This document shows positions 1 to 10,113 of a stretch of 64,000 nt of DNA, in pieces. The DNA lies in the IMG/VR virus record IMGVR_UViG_3300025389_001172, positions 64,001 to 128,000 of that record; one strand, written 5' to 3'. Under the pieces are notes generated by a model. It worked only from the letters and a program-made list of their open reading frames with translations. It was not told the origin of the DNA and did no database searches. Position numbers and translations under genes: made by a program. Positions within the stretch are counted from its first letter, which is position 1, and every line of letters begins with the position of its first letter. This DNA is from a virus (Duplodnaviria; Caudoviricetes).

Positions 1-262
1 GAAACTGTTCTCGATCTATGAGTTCCACCGCTACCAATCTATGTCCTGCGGGTAAACGAGGTTCTATGAACTCACGTGCCTCATCTTCATTAGTAGCGGA
101 CCAGCTGGGGCTGATCAGCCAGTCTCTCCAGACGCCGTCATTTCTCTGGATCTTCCATACTGTGACATACCAGTCTACTTCGCTGTTTTTTAGATTGTCT
201 AGCTGTGTATCAAACTCTCGGCAAAATCTGGCCTGACCAGAAATCAGTAGTGCTGTTCTCAT
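1..262 (-). CDS. Partial CDS (runs off window start), putative glycan-modifying protein, paralog-like to 5523..6281
   Basis: Read manually: MRTALLISGQARFCREFDTQLDNL..., preceded by CAGGAG RBS; N-terminus resembles MRLALITGGQPRF of 5523..6281. Confidence 0.7.
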   Translation of the reverse strand, partial: MRTALLISGQARFCREFDTQLDNLKNSEVDWYVTVWKIQRNDGVWRDWLISPSWSATNEDEAREFIEPRLPAGHRLVAVELIDREQF

Positions 263-348
263 ATCGTTCTCCTGTCGAATACTTATAATCAAATATCTTG
301 ACAAGGCCAAATAATGATGCTTAAATAAGTGCTACTATAACTAAAACT

Positions 349-1134
349 ATGAAAAGACATCTACTCATTGTACTACGCACCTGCACTATTGTAAACTCAG
401 CCAGCGGTTCAGACAGATATATCTCTGTGTCAAAAAGAGAACTGGTCCAACGCTGTGTCAGCAGTATCGTCGACAGCATCAATCGAGTCACGGACTATGA
501 CATAGAACTAGTCGTGCTAGATGACCACTCCACTCCAGAAGCTGTGGCCGACATCCAGCAGATCATCGGCCATTGCCGCTTTCCCACAGAATTCATTCCT
601 GTGACCGACGGACAGGGCAACGGTTGGACTATGAAGCGTGTTTACCAAGAGGTTGAAGCTCGTTGCAGAGATCTTTGGTATCACATAGAGGATGATTATC
701 TACATGTGCCCGAGGCCATCAATGACATGATCGCCACGGTGGATCAGTTCGAAGCCAACACTGGTAAACTGGTAGCCATCAATCCTCATGATGACATCTG
801 GCGCTATACCAAACAGATCTATCACAGCATCTTGCTACTAGGCCCATATCGACACTATAGGACTGTGCAACACACTACCTATACCTGTCTGGCCAGCCGT
901 GCCCTCTATGATCGCTATCGAAACATATTCCAATCGCTGGTAGACTTGACCATAGGCAACCAAGGTTGGGTCGAAGATAGAAGCATAAATCAGATATGGC
1001 AACAACCAGATGTCATGCTGTTTTCGCCTATTCCAGGACTGGGTTTCCATATCATGGGAGAAGATGGTAAGGACCCTTATTTTGACATCGACGCACTATG
1101 GAACTCTGTTCCTCAACTATGGACCAAAGAATGA
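349..1134 (+). CDS. Glycosyltransferase, GT-A fold (GT2-like)
   Basis: VVLDDHST and YHIEDDYLH (DxD-type) motifs. Confidence 0.75.
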   Translation: MKRHLLIVLRTCTIVNSASGSDRYISVSKRELVQRCVSSIVDSINRVTDYDIELVVLDDHSTPEAVADIQQIIGHCRFPTEFIPVTDGQGNGWTMKRVYQEVEARCRDLWYHIEDDYLHVPEAINDMIATVDQFEANTGKLVAINPHDDIWRYTKQIYHSILLLGPYRHYRTVQHTTYTCLASRALYDRYRNIFQSLVDLTIGNQGWVEDRSINQIWQQPDVMLFSPIPGLGFHIMGEDGKDPYFDIDALWNSVPQLWTKE

Positions 1135-1973
1135 AAGTATACGACTGTTTTACCTTTTTCAATGAACTGGACCTATTGGAAATACGTCTAGAAGAACTAT
1201 ATGATGCGGTGGACTATTTCGTCATCGCTGAAGCCAACATGAGTCACAGTGGCAACGCCAAAGGGTGGGTCCTAGAAGACAACTGGCCGCGTTTTGAGAA
1301 ATTCCATGATAAGATACGCTATCTCAAGATAGATGACTTTCCCGTGACTACCAACAGCTGGGTACGTGAGAAGTTCCAACGTGATGCCCTGCGTCGTGGA
1401 CTCACAGACATGGAACCTGATGATTTGATTGTCATTAGTGATCTAGATGAGATTCCACGTGCTGACATCATTGAGCTGATCAAGGCAGATGAGAATCAGT
1501 ATGAACGCTATGTGCTACGAGTTCCCTTATTCCGCTACAAGTTCAATTTTTTGAAATGGTATCAGCCTGTGGTAAATCAACAGATGATCGTGACTCGTGC
1601 CCATGTGTTTACCAATCCTGAACGTGAGCGTGACTATACACATGCCTGGTTGCCTCCGGCTCCTGATGTGGTCTATCTAGATCATGCGGGGTGGCACTTC
1701 AGTTATCTAGGTGACAATGATCATGCCGTACATAAGCTGAAGAATTTCGCCCATACAGAACAGAACATACCTGAGATCATCGATCACTTCAGTATCGAGA
1801 GAATGATCAAAGAAAAGTGCGGACCGAACCCAGCAGACGTTGAGAAGTTTGAATACATCGTCCTAGATGACTATTTTCCAAAATGTGTCGTAGACGATCA
1901 GGAGAAGTACAAGGACCTGATCATCGAGGATGCCACTGCGAGCATATTTGATTTTTACCCAGAGGAAGTCTAA
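1131..1973 (+). CDS. Glycosyltransferase family 17-like (GnT-III-like)
   Basis: YDCFTFFNELDLLEIRL, ISDLDEIP, GWHFSY, HTE motifs; start at ATGA overlap with previous stop. Confidence 0.85.
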   Translation: MKVYDCFTFFNELDLLEIRLEELYDAVDYFVIAEANMSHSGNAKGWVLEDNWPRFEKFHDKIRYLKIDDFPVTTNSWVREKFQRDALRRGLTDMEPDDLIVISDLDEIPRADIIELIKADENQYERYVLRVPLFRYKFNFLKWYQPVVNQQMIVTRAHVFTNPERERDYTHAWLPPAPDVVYLDHAGWHFSYLGDNDHAVHKLKNFAHTEQNIPEIIDHFSIERMIKEKCGPNPADVEKFEYIVLDDYFPKCVVDDQEKYKDLIIEDATASIFDFYPEEV

Positions 1974-2587
1974 TGACCCAAAAATATACCCTAGACGAAA
2001 TGATTGCTATGACTAATCTGCGTCAGCCCAGTTTCCAGATCATGATCGATCACCTCAAGACCATAGAGGAACCCTTGATCATAGAAACAGGTTGCATACG
2101 ACCCGGTGACCAACCTTGGAGTACCTACGAAAACAGTTTCAAAGACGATGGTATGAGCACCATCATATTCGATCAGTTGATCAACGATCACAATGGAGAA
2201 TTCCACAGCGTGGATCTTACACCAGAACATGTGGAATATGCACAGAGCATGATCAGCGACAAGTCGCAGGTCCACTGCGATGACAGTGTACATTTCCTTT
2301 GGGACGCCAAGAAAAACCTTGAAGAAAATGATCAGTATGTTGATGTTCTATATCTAGACAGCTATGACTGGGTCAAGGGGCGTGAGCCCGAGTGTATGGC
2401 ACATCATATAAAAGAATTGGCCTGTATAGTGTCTAGGATCAGATCAGGCGGATTAGTCGCAGTAGATGACAACTACAAAGAGAACGGTAGAGCGGTAGGC
2501 AAGGGTGTCTATGTGATCGAGTTCATGGAGAGCATCGGTGCTGAGATGATACACGATGGCGTCCAGTGTGTCTGGAGGATGCCATGA
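1973..2587 (+). CDS. Class I SAM-dependent methyltransferase-like
   Basis: IIETGC, SVD, VLYLDSYD, GGLVAVDD motifs. Confidence 0.7.
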   Translation: MTQKYTLDEMIAMTNLRQPSFQIMIDHLKTIEEPLIIETGCIRPGDQPWSTYENSFKDDGMSTIIFDQLINDHNGEFHSVDLTPEHVEYAQSMISDKSQVHCDDSVHFLWDAKKNLEENDQYVDVLYLDSYDWVKGREPECMAHHIKELACIVSRIRSGGLVAVDDNYKENGRAVGKGVYVIEFMESIGAEMIHDGVQCVWRMP

Positions 2588-3468
2588 AGATCTATGACGT
2601 GTTTTCTTTCTACAACGAATTCGACGTATTAGAAATACGTCTCCAGGAACTATGGGACACAGTAGATTATTTCGTCCTATTAGAAGCCAGCACTACCTAT
2701 GTAGGTAATGCTAAACCCTATCTGTTCGAAGAGAACAAGGCCAGATTCGCACCATATCTAGAAAAGATACGCCATATCAAACTAGACGATTCCTTAGAAG
2801 ATCAAAAGAAAATATTTACTAATGAGATAGATGATACCTGGGTGCGTGAAAAATATCAACGTTGGGCCAGCGGTCGTGGTCTAGAAGGCCTACAGCCAGA
2901 AGACATAGTCATAGTCAGCGATCTAGATGAGGTACCCCGTGCTGAGATCATCGAGATGATACGTGAAGATGAAAATGACTATGATCGATATCTCCTATGG
3001 ATTCCACAACTCCAGTACAAGATCAATTACATGAAAACACAGTATCCCAGCCGCCACGGAGTCATCATGGTCACTAGGGGAAGGGCTTTTACTAATCCAC
3101 AACAGGAAAGAGAATACAGTTTCTTCTGGAATCGTAAACCAGACAATACCGTAGAAGTAGATCATGGAGGTTGGCATTTTACCTACTTCGGTGATGAAGA
3201 TCACTGTGTGAATAAACTAAAGAATTTCGCTCATACCGAACAGGCCACCGCAGACGTCATTGACGATTTCGATATCGCATGGCAGATACGCAACAAGTAC
3301 GGTAAGGATGGTGTGGACGTCAAGAGCAATGAGAGATTTGAATATGTGGTGGTCGATGATTACTTTCCTCGATGCATCACAGAAAATATCGAAAAATATC
3401 AGCATATGATCATACCCGATGCGGTATTCCGAGTAGACGATCTCTACAGACCCACAGATAAGAATTAA
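2584..3468 (+). CDS. Glycosyltransferase family 17-like, second paralog
   Basis: YDVFSFYNEFDVLEIRL, VSDLDEVP, GGWHFTY, KLKNFAHTEQ shared with 1131..1973. Confidence 0.85.
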   Translation: MKIYDVFSFYNEFDVLEIRLQELWDTVDYFVLLEASTTYVGNAKPYLFEENKARFAPYLEKIRHIKLDDSLEDQKKIFTNEIDDTWVREKYQRWASGRGLEGLQPEDIVIVSDLDEVPRAEIIEMIREDENDYDRYLLWIPQLQYKINYMKTQYPSRHGVIMVTRGRAFTNPQQEREYSFFWNRKPDNTVEVDHGGWHFTYFGDEDHCVNKLKNFAHTEQATADVIDDFDIAWQIRNKYGKDGVDVKSNERFEYVVVDDYFPRCITENIEKYQHMIIPDAVFRVDDLYRPTDKN

Positions 3469-3475
3469 GGAAAAC

Positions 3476-4255
3476 ATGACAACATTCTCACATTCAGGAA
3501 CCACAGGCGATACATTCTGCGCTCTGGTCATACCAAAGATATTTGGACAGGGCGAGTTTTATCTCAAGCTGAACAATCTAGAACACGTGATAAATTCTAA
3601 ACTAGGTTGGAGCAACAAGGGCAATAGACATGAAGGTCGCATGATCCAAGAAGACTACGAAGTCATGCGTGAGTTGATACTGCATCAACCCTATATCACA
3701 GACTTCAAGGTATGGAATGGCGAGACGATAGACTATGAACTAGAGAATCAATACGATCATTTAGAGACGGGATTCTTTCCGAGGAACTTCAGCAATCAGT
3801 ATGCCCTGGCAGCAGGCCTCGATCCAAAGAAGCATGAGAAAGAACTACAGATGATGCCCTGGATGGAATGTCGTGAACCACGACGGGTTCCTGGTCGTCC
3901 TATAGTCATACATCGCAGTCCCAACTATCAAGAAGGCAATCCTGTTGATAGTCCAACCTGGAGATATTTTATAGACAAAGGTCTGGCCGAGCAGGCAGTG
4001 TTCGTAGGTGCAGAAAGCGATCATGCCTACTTCGAAGATATCTATAAGATCCGTGTGCCACACTATCGCACTCCGGACTGGATGGAATTGGCTAGGATTA
4101 TATCTGGTAGTGAGATGATGATCACCAGCATGGGAGGCCCCAGCGCCTTATGCCTATGCCTAGGCAAGACCATGATCCTAGAACCTCGCAAGAACGAACC
4201 ACACGAACGCCTAGAGATCAACTATCCTCTACGTGCCAACATACAATACTTTTAA
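3476..4255 (+). CDS. Putative glycosyltransferase (GT9/heptosyltransferase-like, GT-B)
   Basis: HSGTTGD N-terminus; ELARIISGSEMMITSMGGPSAL C-terminal segment typical of GT9-like proteins. Confidence 0.55.
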   Translation: MTTFSHSGTTGDTFCALVIPKIFGQGEFYLKLNNLEHVINSKLGWSNKGNRHEGRMIQEDYEVMRELILHQPYITDFKVWNGETIDYELENQYDHLETGFFPRNFSNQYALAAGLDPKKHEKELQMMPWMECREPRRVPGRPIVIHRSPNYQEGNPVDSPTWRYFIDKGLAEQAVFVGAESDHAYFEDIYKIRVPHYRTPDWMELARIISGSEMMITSMGGPSALCLCLGKTMILEPRKNEPHERLEINYPLRANIQYF

Positions 4256-4263
4256 GGAAGAAT

Positions 4264-4812
4264 ATGGAACATTTTTATCAAGACATACCTGGATGGTTCA
4301 GCTATGAACATGTCTACAAGGACCTGGTAGAGCAGGCCGAGTCAGGCAGCCTATTCGTAGAGATAGGATCATACAAAGGCAAGTCATCTGCTTACATGGC
4401 TGTAGAGATAGCCAACAGTGGCAAGGACATACGATTTGAGTGTATCGATCCTATGGAGTTAGGCATAGGCGATTGGACCTGCAATGAAGAAGAACAGCAG
4501 GGCTACGATGAGGCTGGTTTTAATAAACGTCTCAAGAAGGTTAAGAAATTTTATAAACTACACAAGATGACCAGTGACGATGCTGTAAATCTATACGAAG
4601 ATGGCACGATAGATTTTTTAATGATCGATGGTGACCATAGTTATGAAGCGGTCAAAAAGGACATCGAGAACTATCTACCAAAAATGAGATCAGGCGGATT
4701 GATCGTGGGAGATGATGCCTATGAGCCAGGGATACAACAGGCCCTGGCCGAAGCTGCCGGACATCTAGAACCAACAAACACAGGCGTACATTTTTTTATC
4801 AGCATTCCCTAA
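4264..4812 (+). CDS. SAM-dependent methyltransferase (Methyltransf_24-like)
   Basis: FVEIGSYKGKS, IDGDHSYEAV, GGLIVGDD; start at MEHFY after AGGAAG. Confidence 0.85.
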   Translation: MEHFYQDIPGWFSYEHVYKDLVEQAESGSLFVEIGSYKGKSSAYMAVEIANSGKDIRFECIDPMELGIGDWTCNEEEQQGYDEAGFNKRLKKVKKFYKLHKMTSDDAVNLYEDGTIDFLMIDGDHSYEAVKKDIENYLPKMRSGGLIVGDDAYEPGIQQALAEAAGHLEPTNTGVHFFISIP

Positions 4813-4821
4813 GGAGACACA

Positions 4822-5526
4822 ATGACATACATCAAGACAGAAGAAACAAACAACGATATCATTATCAAGAAAGATGGGGAATTCAGTTCTCCTATGGGCA
4901 AACTATTGTATCAGGCATTTGACAATGCGGTAAATGACCAGTTTAAGATCACAGAAGAAGTATTAGCCATGTTGGGCATGAGTGGAAGGAAGTATCGTAA
5001 ATTTATCAATAACCTCATAGAGACCATGCCAGATCCCCGATATCTCGAAACAGGCAGTCTCAAAGGAAGCACAGTCTGTGCGGCCATGTATGGCAACCGG
5101 CTCAAGGCCACCTGTATCGAAAGCTGGCATTGGCCCGTACATCGTCCAGATTTTTTCACCAACACAGACAGCGTGAGAACCAGCGATGTAGATTTCACTC
5201 TTATCGAAAGCGATTTCCGTGCTGTTGATTATAACAACATCGGCAAATACAATGTCTATCTATTTGACGGACCTCACTCGGCTAGAGATCAATACGATGG
5301 AGTATATCTAGCACAGCCTGCGCTAGATGATACCTATATCTTGATCGTAGACGACTGGAACTGGCAAGATGTACAACATGGTACATGGTCAGCTTTGAAA
5401 TATCTCAACTGCCGGGTCACGGACATAATCGAAGTCTTTGCTACCGAGCACGGTCCAGAAGTTGGTAAAGGTAATGAAACCAGCGAATGGCACAAAGGAT
5501 ATTTTTTCGCAGTCGTTGAAAAATGA
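4822..5526 (+). CDS. SAM-dependent methyltransferase-like
   Basis: YLETGSLKGST, FDGPH, IVDDWNW motifs; AGGAG RBS. Confidence 0.75.
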   Translation: MTYIKTEETNNDIIIKKDGEFSSPMGKLLYQAFDNAVNDQFKITEEVLAMLGMSGRKYRKFINNLIETMPDPRYLETGSLKGSTVCAAMYGNRLKATCIESWHWPVHRPDFFTNTDSVRTSDVDFTLIESDFRAVDYNNIGKYNVYLFDGPHSARDQYDGVYLAQPALDDTYILIVDDWNWQDVQHGTWSALKYLNCRVTDIIEVFATEHGPEVGKGNETSEWHKGYFFAVVEK

Positions 5527-6281
5527 GACTAGCACTGATCACTGGAGGACAACCTAGGTTTACTCCAGATTTTACTGACCTAATGAATCAATTGACAGGA
5601 TTTGATTCTGCTGATATCTATATGACCTTATGGAAATCAGAATGGGCTTCTACAGAATCTCAAGCACGATCTAAGATAGAAAATATACTGTTGCCTAATT
5701 ATAATCTCGCCAAGGTTGATGTCGTAGACTTTCCAGAATATGAATTTCCTCCGCACAAGGATCCTATCGCTGACCCTGCACCAGAAAATACCCATTGGTG
5801 GTATAAGCGTGTCATGGGCCAGATAATTAGTCTATCTATGGTATATGATCTATTAGAAGGTGAATACGATGCTGTAGTTAGATTCAGGCTAGATGCTTCT
5901 CTTGACAGACCTATCGATATCAACAATTATGATTTAAAACGAGATCCTATTATTTTTCCCAACGGTCCGGTCACTGGATTTCCAGGTTATGAATGCAACG
6001 ACATGTTTGCCATAGGTACGCAGGAAGCGATGAAACTCTACTGTTCTTTAGGTAAAAATTATCTAGATATGATACCTTTAGCTGATCCCCATTGGGAAAC
6101 ATCCGATCATGGTCCTTGGAGAGGTGAGTGGTTATTAGGTACCTGGCTCAAGCACAACAACTATCCATCTCCTTTGTATCAAGGTGAATTTAATATGAGA
6201 TTGAATACCTATGGTAGATCAAAATACACTGACAAGCACTATCATCATAGAATAGCAACAGACCCTACCGGCAATCAATGA
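5523..6281 (+). CDS. Putative glycan biosynthesis protein
   Basis: ALITGGQPR, YDAVVRFRLD, NDMFAIG pattern; located within GT cluster. Confidence 0.55.
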   Translation: MRLALITGGQPRFTPDFTDLMNQLTGFDSADIYMTLWKSEWASTESQARSKIENILLPNYNLAKVDVVDFPEYEFPPHKDPIADPAPENTHWWYKRVMGQIISLSMVYDLLEGEYDAVVRFRLDASLDRPIDINNYDLKRDPIIFPNGPVTGFPGYECNDMFAIGTQEAMKLYCSLGKNYLDMIPLADPHWETSDHGPWRGEWLLGTWLKHNNYPSPLYQGEFNMRLNTYGRSKYTDKHYHHRIATDPTGNQ

Positions 6282-7024
6282 TCAAGATTATAAAAGAGCT
6301 GAAAGGATTTTCCGGAAATCGTATCTTCTTGGTGGATAACGATAACAGATTGTCGATAAGGAAAAGAGGCAGTGTGGCTCGAAATATAGAAAGAATGAGG
6401 GCACTGGCAGATCAATATCCAGTGCCAAAGATATACGCCTATACCAAAAACAGCCTGGAGATGGAGTACATACATGGGCTGGATATACGTTCATATCTAA
6501 AAATATACCCCTATGAAACTTTATTGAATTTCATCGAGGATACCTTGGATAGATTTAAGCAGACTTCCGTACCCAAAGACTATTCAGAAATTTATAAGAA
6601 TAAATTATCAAAGATAGATCGTATCAGTGACCTGGGATTTAGCCAAGACGAGCTATTCAATCGACTACCGAAGATCCTACCTGCATCGGTCTATCACGGT
6701 GATATGACTTTAGAAAATATCATCTACAACATCAACACAGGCAAGTTCGTGTTGATAGATCCTGTTACCACAGAGTATGACTCTTACATATTCGATATAG
6801 CCAAGATGCGACAGGATCTACATTGTGGATGGTTTATCAGGAACGATCCGGTCATGATTGATGTTAAAATAAAACATATACAACAGCAACTCTTCTCTCG
6901 TTATCCAGAATCAAACAATGACTATCTATTGATACTGATGTTGTTGAGAGTCTACTGCTATACCACCCCTGGTTCATTTGAACACAGATTTCTCACAGAA
7001 AGGATACAATCACTATGGAAGTAA
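6278..7024 (+). CDS. APH/choline-kinase-like phosphotransferase
   Basis: HGDMTLENII catalytic loop, LIDP, DIAK. Confidence 0.8.
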   Translation: MIKIIKELKGFSGNRIFLVDNDNRLSIRKRGSVARNIERMRALADQYPVPKIYAYTKNSLEMEYIHGLDIRSYLKIYPYETLLNFIEDTLDRFKQTSVPKDYSEIYKNKLSKIDRISDLGFSQDELFNRLPKILPASVYHGDMTLENIIYNINTGKFVLIDPVTTEYDSYIFDIAKMRQDLHCGWFIRNDPVMIDVKIKHIQQQLFSRYPESNNDYLLILMLLRVYCYTTPGSFEHRFLTERIQSLWK

Positions 7025-8037
7025 TAGTACCGGCAGCAGGATTATCTACTAGATTTCCCAATATGCGACCAAAATATACCCTGACTGATTTCTCAGGCAA
7101 GCTGATGCTGGAAAGATCAATAGCACCTTTCTTGGGCAAACATCACATCACTGTGGGAATATTGAAAGAACACAATGATCAATATCATACTGGTCGATAT
7201 ATAGAAGACAACTATCCAGATCAGATATCTGTGGTCATTCTAGAAAATCGCACACAGGGTCCTGCTGACACTGTTGATCAGATCATCAAGCAGGCAGGAT
7301 TCACTTCTGAACCTATCCTAGTCAAAGACTGCGACAGTTTCTTTGACTATCCAGCCACTGACGAAAATGCCGTCTGTGTGGCCCGGGTAGAAGACTACGA
7401 AGTGATCAAAAGACTAGCTGCCAAAAGTTTTATCATAAGCAATGATCAAGGAATCGTTATAGATATCATAGAAAAACAGGTGGTGTCTAACAAATTCTGC
7501 GTAGGTGGATATAAATTCAAATCAGCTGATATGTTCACCTCCGCATATCAACAGTTGCGTGATGCACAGATCAAAGAAATATTCGTCAGCCATGTGATAG
7601 AACAGTGTCTCGATCTTGGAGCCATATTCAAAGAACATGTAGTATCAAACTACGTAGATGTAGGAACCGCAGAAGAATGGTTCGAATACAATGATAAAAG
7701 CGTTATATTCTGTGATATAGATGGAACCATCGTCCGAGCACAGGGTAGGCACGAGTGGAATGATGTTCCAACTCCCTTAGCAGATAATATCTCTAGACTA
7801 CAGGAATTAGTAGCACAGGGCAGTAAGATAATTTTCACCACCGCACGTCCCGCACGGGCACATCAGAGAACCTACGAAATGCTGGTAGAATTGGGATTTA
7901 GAGACTTCGAATTGATCAGCAATTTACCCAATGTCAAACGAGTACTGATAAACGACTATAACAATGCCAATCCGTATCCACGAGCCATAGCCGTTAATCT
8001 CCGGAGAGATTCGGATAATCTCCGTGATTTTTTCTAA
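7015..8037 (+). CDS. Nucleotidyltransferase fused to a HAD-family phosphatase
   Basis: IVPAAGLSTRF..RPKY N-terminus; FCDIDGTI and FTTAR in the C-terminal HAD domain. Confidence 0.8.
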   Translation: MEVIVPAAGLSTRFPNMRPKYTLTDFSGKLMLERSIAPFLGKHHITVGILKEHNDQYHTGRYIEDNYPDQISVVILENRTQGPADTVDQIIKQAGFTSEPILVKDCDSFFDYPATDENAVCVARVEDYEVIKRLAAKSFIISNDQGIVIDIIEKQVVSNKFCVGGYKFKSADMFTSAYQQLRDAQIKEIFVSHVIEQCLDLGAIFKEHVVSNYVDVGTAEEWFEYNDKSVIFCDIDGTIVRAQGRHEWNDVPTPLADNISRLQELVAQGSKIIFTTARPARAHQRTYEMLVELGFRDFELISNLPNVKRVLINDYNNANPYPRAIAVNLRRDSDNLRDFF

Positions 8038-8102
8038 TTAAATGCACATATAATTAAGATTATATACGTAGTAAATACTTGAACACATACAAGGAGCGAA
8101 CC

Positions 8103-8381
8103 ATGGATGTTTTCAAGATCATAGCTGATCTGGGTATGCCAGTAGCGGCAGCCTTAGCAGGTGGCTATTTCATTTTTCTCACAATCAAACTGCTATTACA
8201 GGGTGTGCTGGGCAGTATCAAAGGCATGGCCGGCATTATCACAGCCCTAGACAATCGTGTCAAAACCATGAATCACGATGTTATACGTATCGATACCGTG
8301 GTAAGCAACGCACTAGGTCTACGCCCTGATGTGGATCGTATCAGTCGTGCTGACGGTAAAACTGATGCGAGGAGAGATTAA
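8103..8381 (+). CDS. Small single-TM coiled-coil membrane protein (paralog of 8717..9091)
   Basis: AGGAG RBS then MDVFKIIADLGMPVAAALAGGYFIF; TAAATA box upstream. Confidence 0.7.
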   Translation: MDVFKIIADLGMPVAAALAGGYFIFLTIKLLLQGVLGSIKGMAGIITALDNRVKTMNHDVIRIDTVVSNALGLRPDVDRISRADGKTDARRD

Positions 8382-8566
8382 TGTTCCATTATGATTACTC
8401 ATGGGATCTGTTTCCTAACTATCTTAGACTAGACGACGAACTTCCTACTGATCACCTAGGGTGGAAACATGGAGACCTATTCCGTTTTGAAGAAGTCGAT
8501 GGAATAAGGATGCTGAAGAAGGTTGACCCTTTGGAAAAATTCGTGAGAGGATATGGAGATGAATAA
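8381..8566 (+). CDS. Hypothetical protein
   Basis: ORF track; GGAG RBS; stop/start overlaps on both sides. Confidence 0.6.
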   Translation: MFHYDYSWDLFPNYLRLDDELPTDHLGWKHGDLFRFEEVDGIRMLKKVDPLEKFVRGYGDE

Positions 8567-8714
8567 GTGGGCTAAATGGTATGACAGCCAACCACAGCAT
8601 GTTAAAAACTGGATGGATCAACCGAGAGCACTATGGTATGATAGCGATATGTGGAAAGCAGGATTCGTAGGAATGTTTGTTGGAATAGTAATAGGAATAA
8701 TATTTAGAGGATAA
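8559..8714 (+). CDS. Small membrane protein (51 aa, not in ORF track)
   Basis: Manual translation MNKWAKWYDSQPQHVKNWMDQPRALWYDSDMWKAGFVGMFVGIVIGIIFRG; fills the gap between neighbours. Confidence 0.65.
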   Translation: MNKWAKWYDSQPQHVKNWMDQPRALWYDSDMWKAGFVGMFVGIVIGIIFRG

Positions 8715-8716
8715 TC

Positions 8717-9091
8717 ATGGATATCGCTGAGTTAATTAATAAGTTTGGGTTTCCTATAGTCATGGCATTGGGCATGGGATATATTATAAAATATGTATGG
8801 GAATGGTCAACGAAAGAAGTCAAACCTGTTATCTCAGAAGCTAATACAGTTCTCATAGCTCTTATCGATCGGATCCGTATGCTAGACAACGATTTGATAC
8901 GATTAAATCAAAAGGTCAATACTGTGTTGACCATACGCGGTAAAATGATTGAAAGTGATCGTGTCATGGAGACCGCTCTAGTTGAAGCACAGGCCAACAA
9001 GAAATTCCACGACGCGATGGAAGAAGCTGACAAACTCGCTGGCAAAAATAAAACGTCAGATGACCGAGAAGCAGCCGGCGGCAACGGTTAA
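8717..9091 (+). CDS. Small single-TM coiled-coil membrane protein
   Basis: MDIAELINKFGFPIVMALGMGY...LIDRIRMLDNDLIRL aligns by eye with 8103..8381. Confidence 0.7.
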   Translation: MDIAELINKFGFPIVMALGMGYIIKYVWEWSTKEVKPVISEANTVLIALIDRIRMLDNDLIRLNQKVNTVLTIRGKMIESDRVMETALVEAQANKKFHDAMEEADKLAGKNKTSDDREAAGGNG

Positions 9092-9140
9092 TTTTCTCCC
9101 ATATCTATAATCTAATAAATATTCATAATAGGAATGAATC

Positions 9141-10112
9141 ATGGTCATTAGTTTCGGAGCTGGTATACAAATCGGAGTAGGCGCACCGAATCCCAACGCT
9201 ATAGGAGTCGGTCTCCCTACGGTTGTCCCTCCATTGACATCATATAGTGTTAACTATTTGGTAGTGGCTGGTGGCGGCGGTGGTGGTGGTTATTATGGAG
9301 CAGGTGGTGGTGCTGGTGGATTGCTCACAGGAACTTTTACGGCTAATGTTGGAAGTACATACACAGTCCGTGTGGGTAGTGGTGGAACAGGTGGTCCAGG
9401 GACAATTCCAGGAGCCGGCGCCACAAGTGGAACTAACTCTACAATAACAGGTACGGGGATCTCTATCGTGACCTACGGGGGAGGATATGGGGGTATTACA
9501 TGCAGTCCTAACTCGTCTGGAGGACCAGGAGGGTCTGGAGGAGGATTTGCAAATTTTACTCCCTTTTTAAGCCCCACGCAGAAAGTTGGTGCAGGCACAC
9601 CCGGCCAAGGTAATCCTGGCGGATCTGGCGGACCAGGCGGGAGCCAGAACACTTACAGAGGTGGTGGAGGTGGCGGTGCTGGCGGTGTTGGTGGTACAGG
9701 AGTTTTTGCCGGCCTTTGCCAGCCTACAGGACACGGCCCAGGACAGAATCATGCAGGAAATGGCGGAACGGGAACCAACAGCAAGATCACAGGAACACCT
9801 ACCTACTATGCGGGAGGTGGCGGTGCTGGTGGTCCAGGAACTGCCTGCTCGCCTGGTACTGCCAGTGGTTATGGCGGACTCGGTGGTGGTGGGGGTCGTG
9901 AAACACCAGGAAAGACCAATACCGGAGGTGGTGGCGGTGGTGGTGCTGGCTATCCTGCAGGAAAAGGTGGTTCTGGTATAGTGGTAATCAGCTACGAATA
10001 CAACTCACAACTGGGCACAGGCGGCAACTCGATCTACAGCACCGCTACGGGATTGACGACCAATACCAATTGGGTCCATGTGTTTACGACAAGCGGATTC
10101 TATATAGCCTAA
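9141..10112 (+). CDS. Glycine-rich putative virion/tail-associated protein
   Basis: YLVVAGGGGGG, YYAGGGG, GGSGIVVI glycine-rich domain; ATAAATA box upstream. Confidence 0.7.
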   Translation: MVISFGAGIQIGVGAPNPNAIGVGLPTVVPPLTSYSVNYLVVAGGGGGGGYYGAGGGAGGLLTGTFTANVGSTYTVRVGSGGTGGPGTIPGAGATSGTNSTITGTGISIVTYGGGYGGITCSPNSSGGPGGSGGGFANFTPFLSPTQKVGAGTPGQGNPGGSGGPGGSQNTYRGGGGGGAGGVGGTGVFAGLCQPTGHGPGQNHAGNGGTGTNSKITGTPTYYAGGGGAGGPGTACSPGTASGYGGLGGGGGRETPGKTNTGGGGGGGAGYPAGKGGSGIVVISYEYNSQLGTGGNSIYSTATGLTTNTNWVHVFTTSGFYIA

Positions 10113-10113
10113 T

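Noticed and set aside
9141-10112. GGT/GGC repeats as a DNA repeat element or DGR target
   Set aside because: Explained by glycine-rich coding; no reverse transcriptase or template/variable repeat pair seen
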